Program-made: the position numbers and the translations under genes
Notes under the pieces: generated by a model
The model's input: only the letters and a program-made list of their open reading frames with translations
What the model was told of the DNA's origin: nothing
Database searches by the model: none
Source: Eledone cirrhosa
Taxonomy: Eukaryota
Direction of reading: 5' to 3'
Length of the DNA: 64,000 nt
Assembly (NCBI GenBank): GCA_964016885.1
Contig: OZ024742.1
Location: forward strand, 309,442,001 to 309,506,000
In this document: positions 62,111 through 64,000 of the stretch, in pieces
Layout of the letters: every line of letters starts with the position of its first letter
Position numbering within the stretch: the first letter of the stretch is position 1

Positions 62111-62422
62111 TTCTTTTCTAACTAATAAAAAAACTTTTTAATCGCTGCTTTAACTGTCGGAAGAGGTATCCAGCTGTGAAAGCAATTACTTCCAACCCTA
62201 ACAGTATGCAAATATCGAAATTTGTATTAAAAAACCAAAACAAAACAATTCTCTCTGCTCCGCCCATCCAACCCCAGTCATACCAGCAGAGAAAAATATC
62301 AATAGAAAATATAAAACAGAAAAGAAAAAAGAAATTTTTTTTTTTAAATATAAAAAAAAAACTAGATAGAAAATGAAGCTTGGATTCCTTATAGTCATTT
62401 CGTGTCTCATTTATGAAACAGC

Positions 62423-62457
<35 letters not shown>

Positions 62458-62600
62458 TCACATGACACTTTATAAAGGATTTTTTCTGATGAGTTGTTGG
62501 TTGGTAATTAATTGACATCATTAAAAAGAACCAATTCTGTGTCACGTCTCTGGAATTTAATAGTAAGGGGCAGGAGAGAGAGAATCAATTCATCAATAGC
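62111..62600 (-). promoter_or_regulatory. Candidate promoter and non-coding first exon of the 920-aa gene
   Basis: - strand donor AAGAA|GTGAGT (intron starts at 62110); GC box 62258-62265; octamer ATGCAAAT 62206-62213; E-box-type GTCACATGAC 62457-62466; region free of recognisable TEs. Confidence 0.4.
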
Positions 62601-62781
62601 TAAATACTCCAAACCCATAAACCAAATCAATAATCTGTCCATGTGTCAGCCTCAAATAATAATAATAATAATTGTTTCTACTTTTGGCACAAGGCCAGGA
62701 ATTATCCCAGTGCTGGTACTTTATTTCATCGACTCCGTAAGGATGAAAGGCAAAGTTAACCTCGGCGGGATTTGAACTCAG

Positions 62782-64000
62782 ACAATAAAGCTTGCCCTCA
62801 CAAGTGCTGAGAAGAAAGATGCATGGAAGAGTCATTATGATAGATTACTAAATGAGGAGAATGCATGGGAAGAAGAGACCCTACCCCAAGTAGACCCTAT
62901 AGAGGGGCCAGCAGTACAAGTCAGCAGCAGCGTAGTAAGTAAGGCAATCAAAGATATGAAGATGGGGAAGGCAACCAGTCCATCGGGTATAGCTGCCGAG
63001 ATGCTGAAGGCATCTGGGCCTGTAGGTCACACTATAACCACATGTATAGGTAATACTAGAAGGTGTCATACCAAAAGATTGGTGCAGTAGCATCATTGTC
63101 AACTGCTACAAAGGTAAAGGTGATGCACTCGATAGAGGAAACTATAGAGGTATAAAGCTGATGGACCAGGTCATGAAAGTAACAGAAAGAGTTATAGCAC
63201 AGTTGATTAGGGACCGGGTGAAACTAGATGAGATGCAATTTGGGTTTGTACCAGGAAGAGGCACCACTGATGCCCTCTTCCTTGTGAGGCAGTTACAGGA
63301 AACGTACCTAGCTAAAAGTAAGCCACTCTACCTGGCATTCGTCGATCTCGAGAAAGCCTTTGACAGAGTTCCACGTGCTGTAATCTGGTGGGCTCTTAGA
63401 AAACTAGGAGTAGATGAATGGCTTGTGAAAGCTGTACAAGCCATGTATAGGGGAGCAGTCAGCAAAGTTAGAATTAGCAATGAGTATAGCGAGGAATTTA
63501 GCGTATAGGTTGGGGTCTACCAGGGCTCTGTTCTTAGCCCTCACCTGTTCATCATAGTCCTGCAGGCAATAACGGAGGAGTTTAAGACCGGATGCCCATG
63601 GGAACTCCTGTATGCTGATGACCTCGCACTTATAACTGAATCTATGGTAGAACTAGAGAAGAAATTCCAAACTTGGAAGCAGGGACTAGAAAGAAAGGGT
63701 CTCAAAGTCAACTTGACAAAGACTAAGGTCCTTGTAAGTAGATGAGAAAACAGAACCCAGATCTCCTCAGGGAAATGGCCTTGCTCAGTATGTAGGAAAG
63801 GTGTAGGTAGGAACTCCATTCTCTGCCCCAAATGCAAACAATGGGTACACAAGAGATGTAGCGGGATCTCAGGAAGCTTAATTAAGAATGTAGGCTTCAC
63901 ATGCAGCAGCTGTACTGGGACAGCAAGCAGCAAACAGCCACAGGAAACAAGTACCACCAATCTCTGGGAGGGCTCTGTAGAGACAGTAGACAGCTTCTGC
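62782..64000 (+). mobile_element. 5'-truncated RTE LINE (RT with an internal PHD finger), runs off the window end
   Basis: QFGFVPGRGTTDA, FVDLEKAFDRV, YADD (63611-63622); C4HC3 finger 63782-63913; in-frame stops present. Confidence 0.95.

Noticed and set aside
63541-63960. 139-aa - strand ORF
   Set aside because: Antisense of the RTE RT/PHD region

Overview
AT-rich, repeat-dense eukaryotic genomic DNA. The SINE/LINE/MITE repertoire and (ATG)n/(AAT)n tails look like a coleoid cephalopod, probably an octopus (inference). Two protein-coding genes are supported. (1) A + strand, 16-coding-exon SPICE1 (CCDC52) orthologue, CDS 4704-31459. I assembled it by hand: all introns are GT-AG, phases are consistent, and the total is 2400 nt (799 aa + stop). 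It appears to have a further intron in the 3' UTR and a shortened C-terminus. (2) A - strand gene whose whole 920-aa CDS (57482-54720) lies in one exon. It encodes a Ser-rich, probably disordered protein I cannot name, with a candidate non-coding first exon and promoter near 62.1-62.6 kb. The rest is degenerate LINEs (RTE, including one with a PHD finger inside RT; CR1; L1/Tx1; R4/Dong-like), two tRNA-derived SINE families, a very abundant TTAA piggyBac-type MITE, Tc1/mariner/pogo and hAT MITEs, Penelope-type hammerhead remnants, three minisatellites and several long inverted repeats. I found no unambiguous new multi-gene system. The best leads are the orphan 920-aa gene, a frame-preserving higher-order G-rich repeat, large dsRNA-forming inverted repeats, and serial same-site SINE insertion. 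Comparisons to human proteins are from memory and need alignment. Repeat coordinates are approximate.
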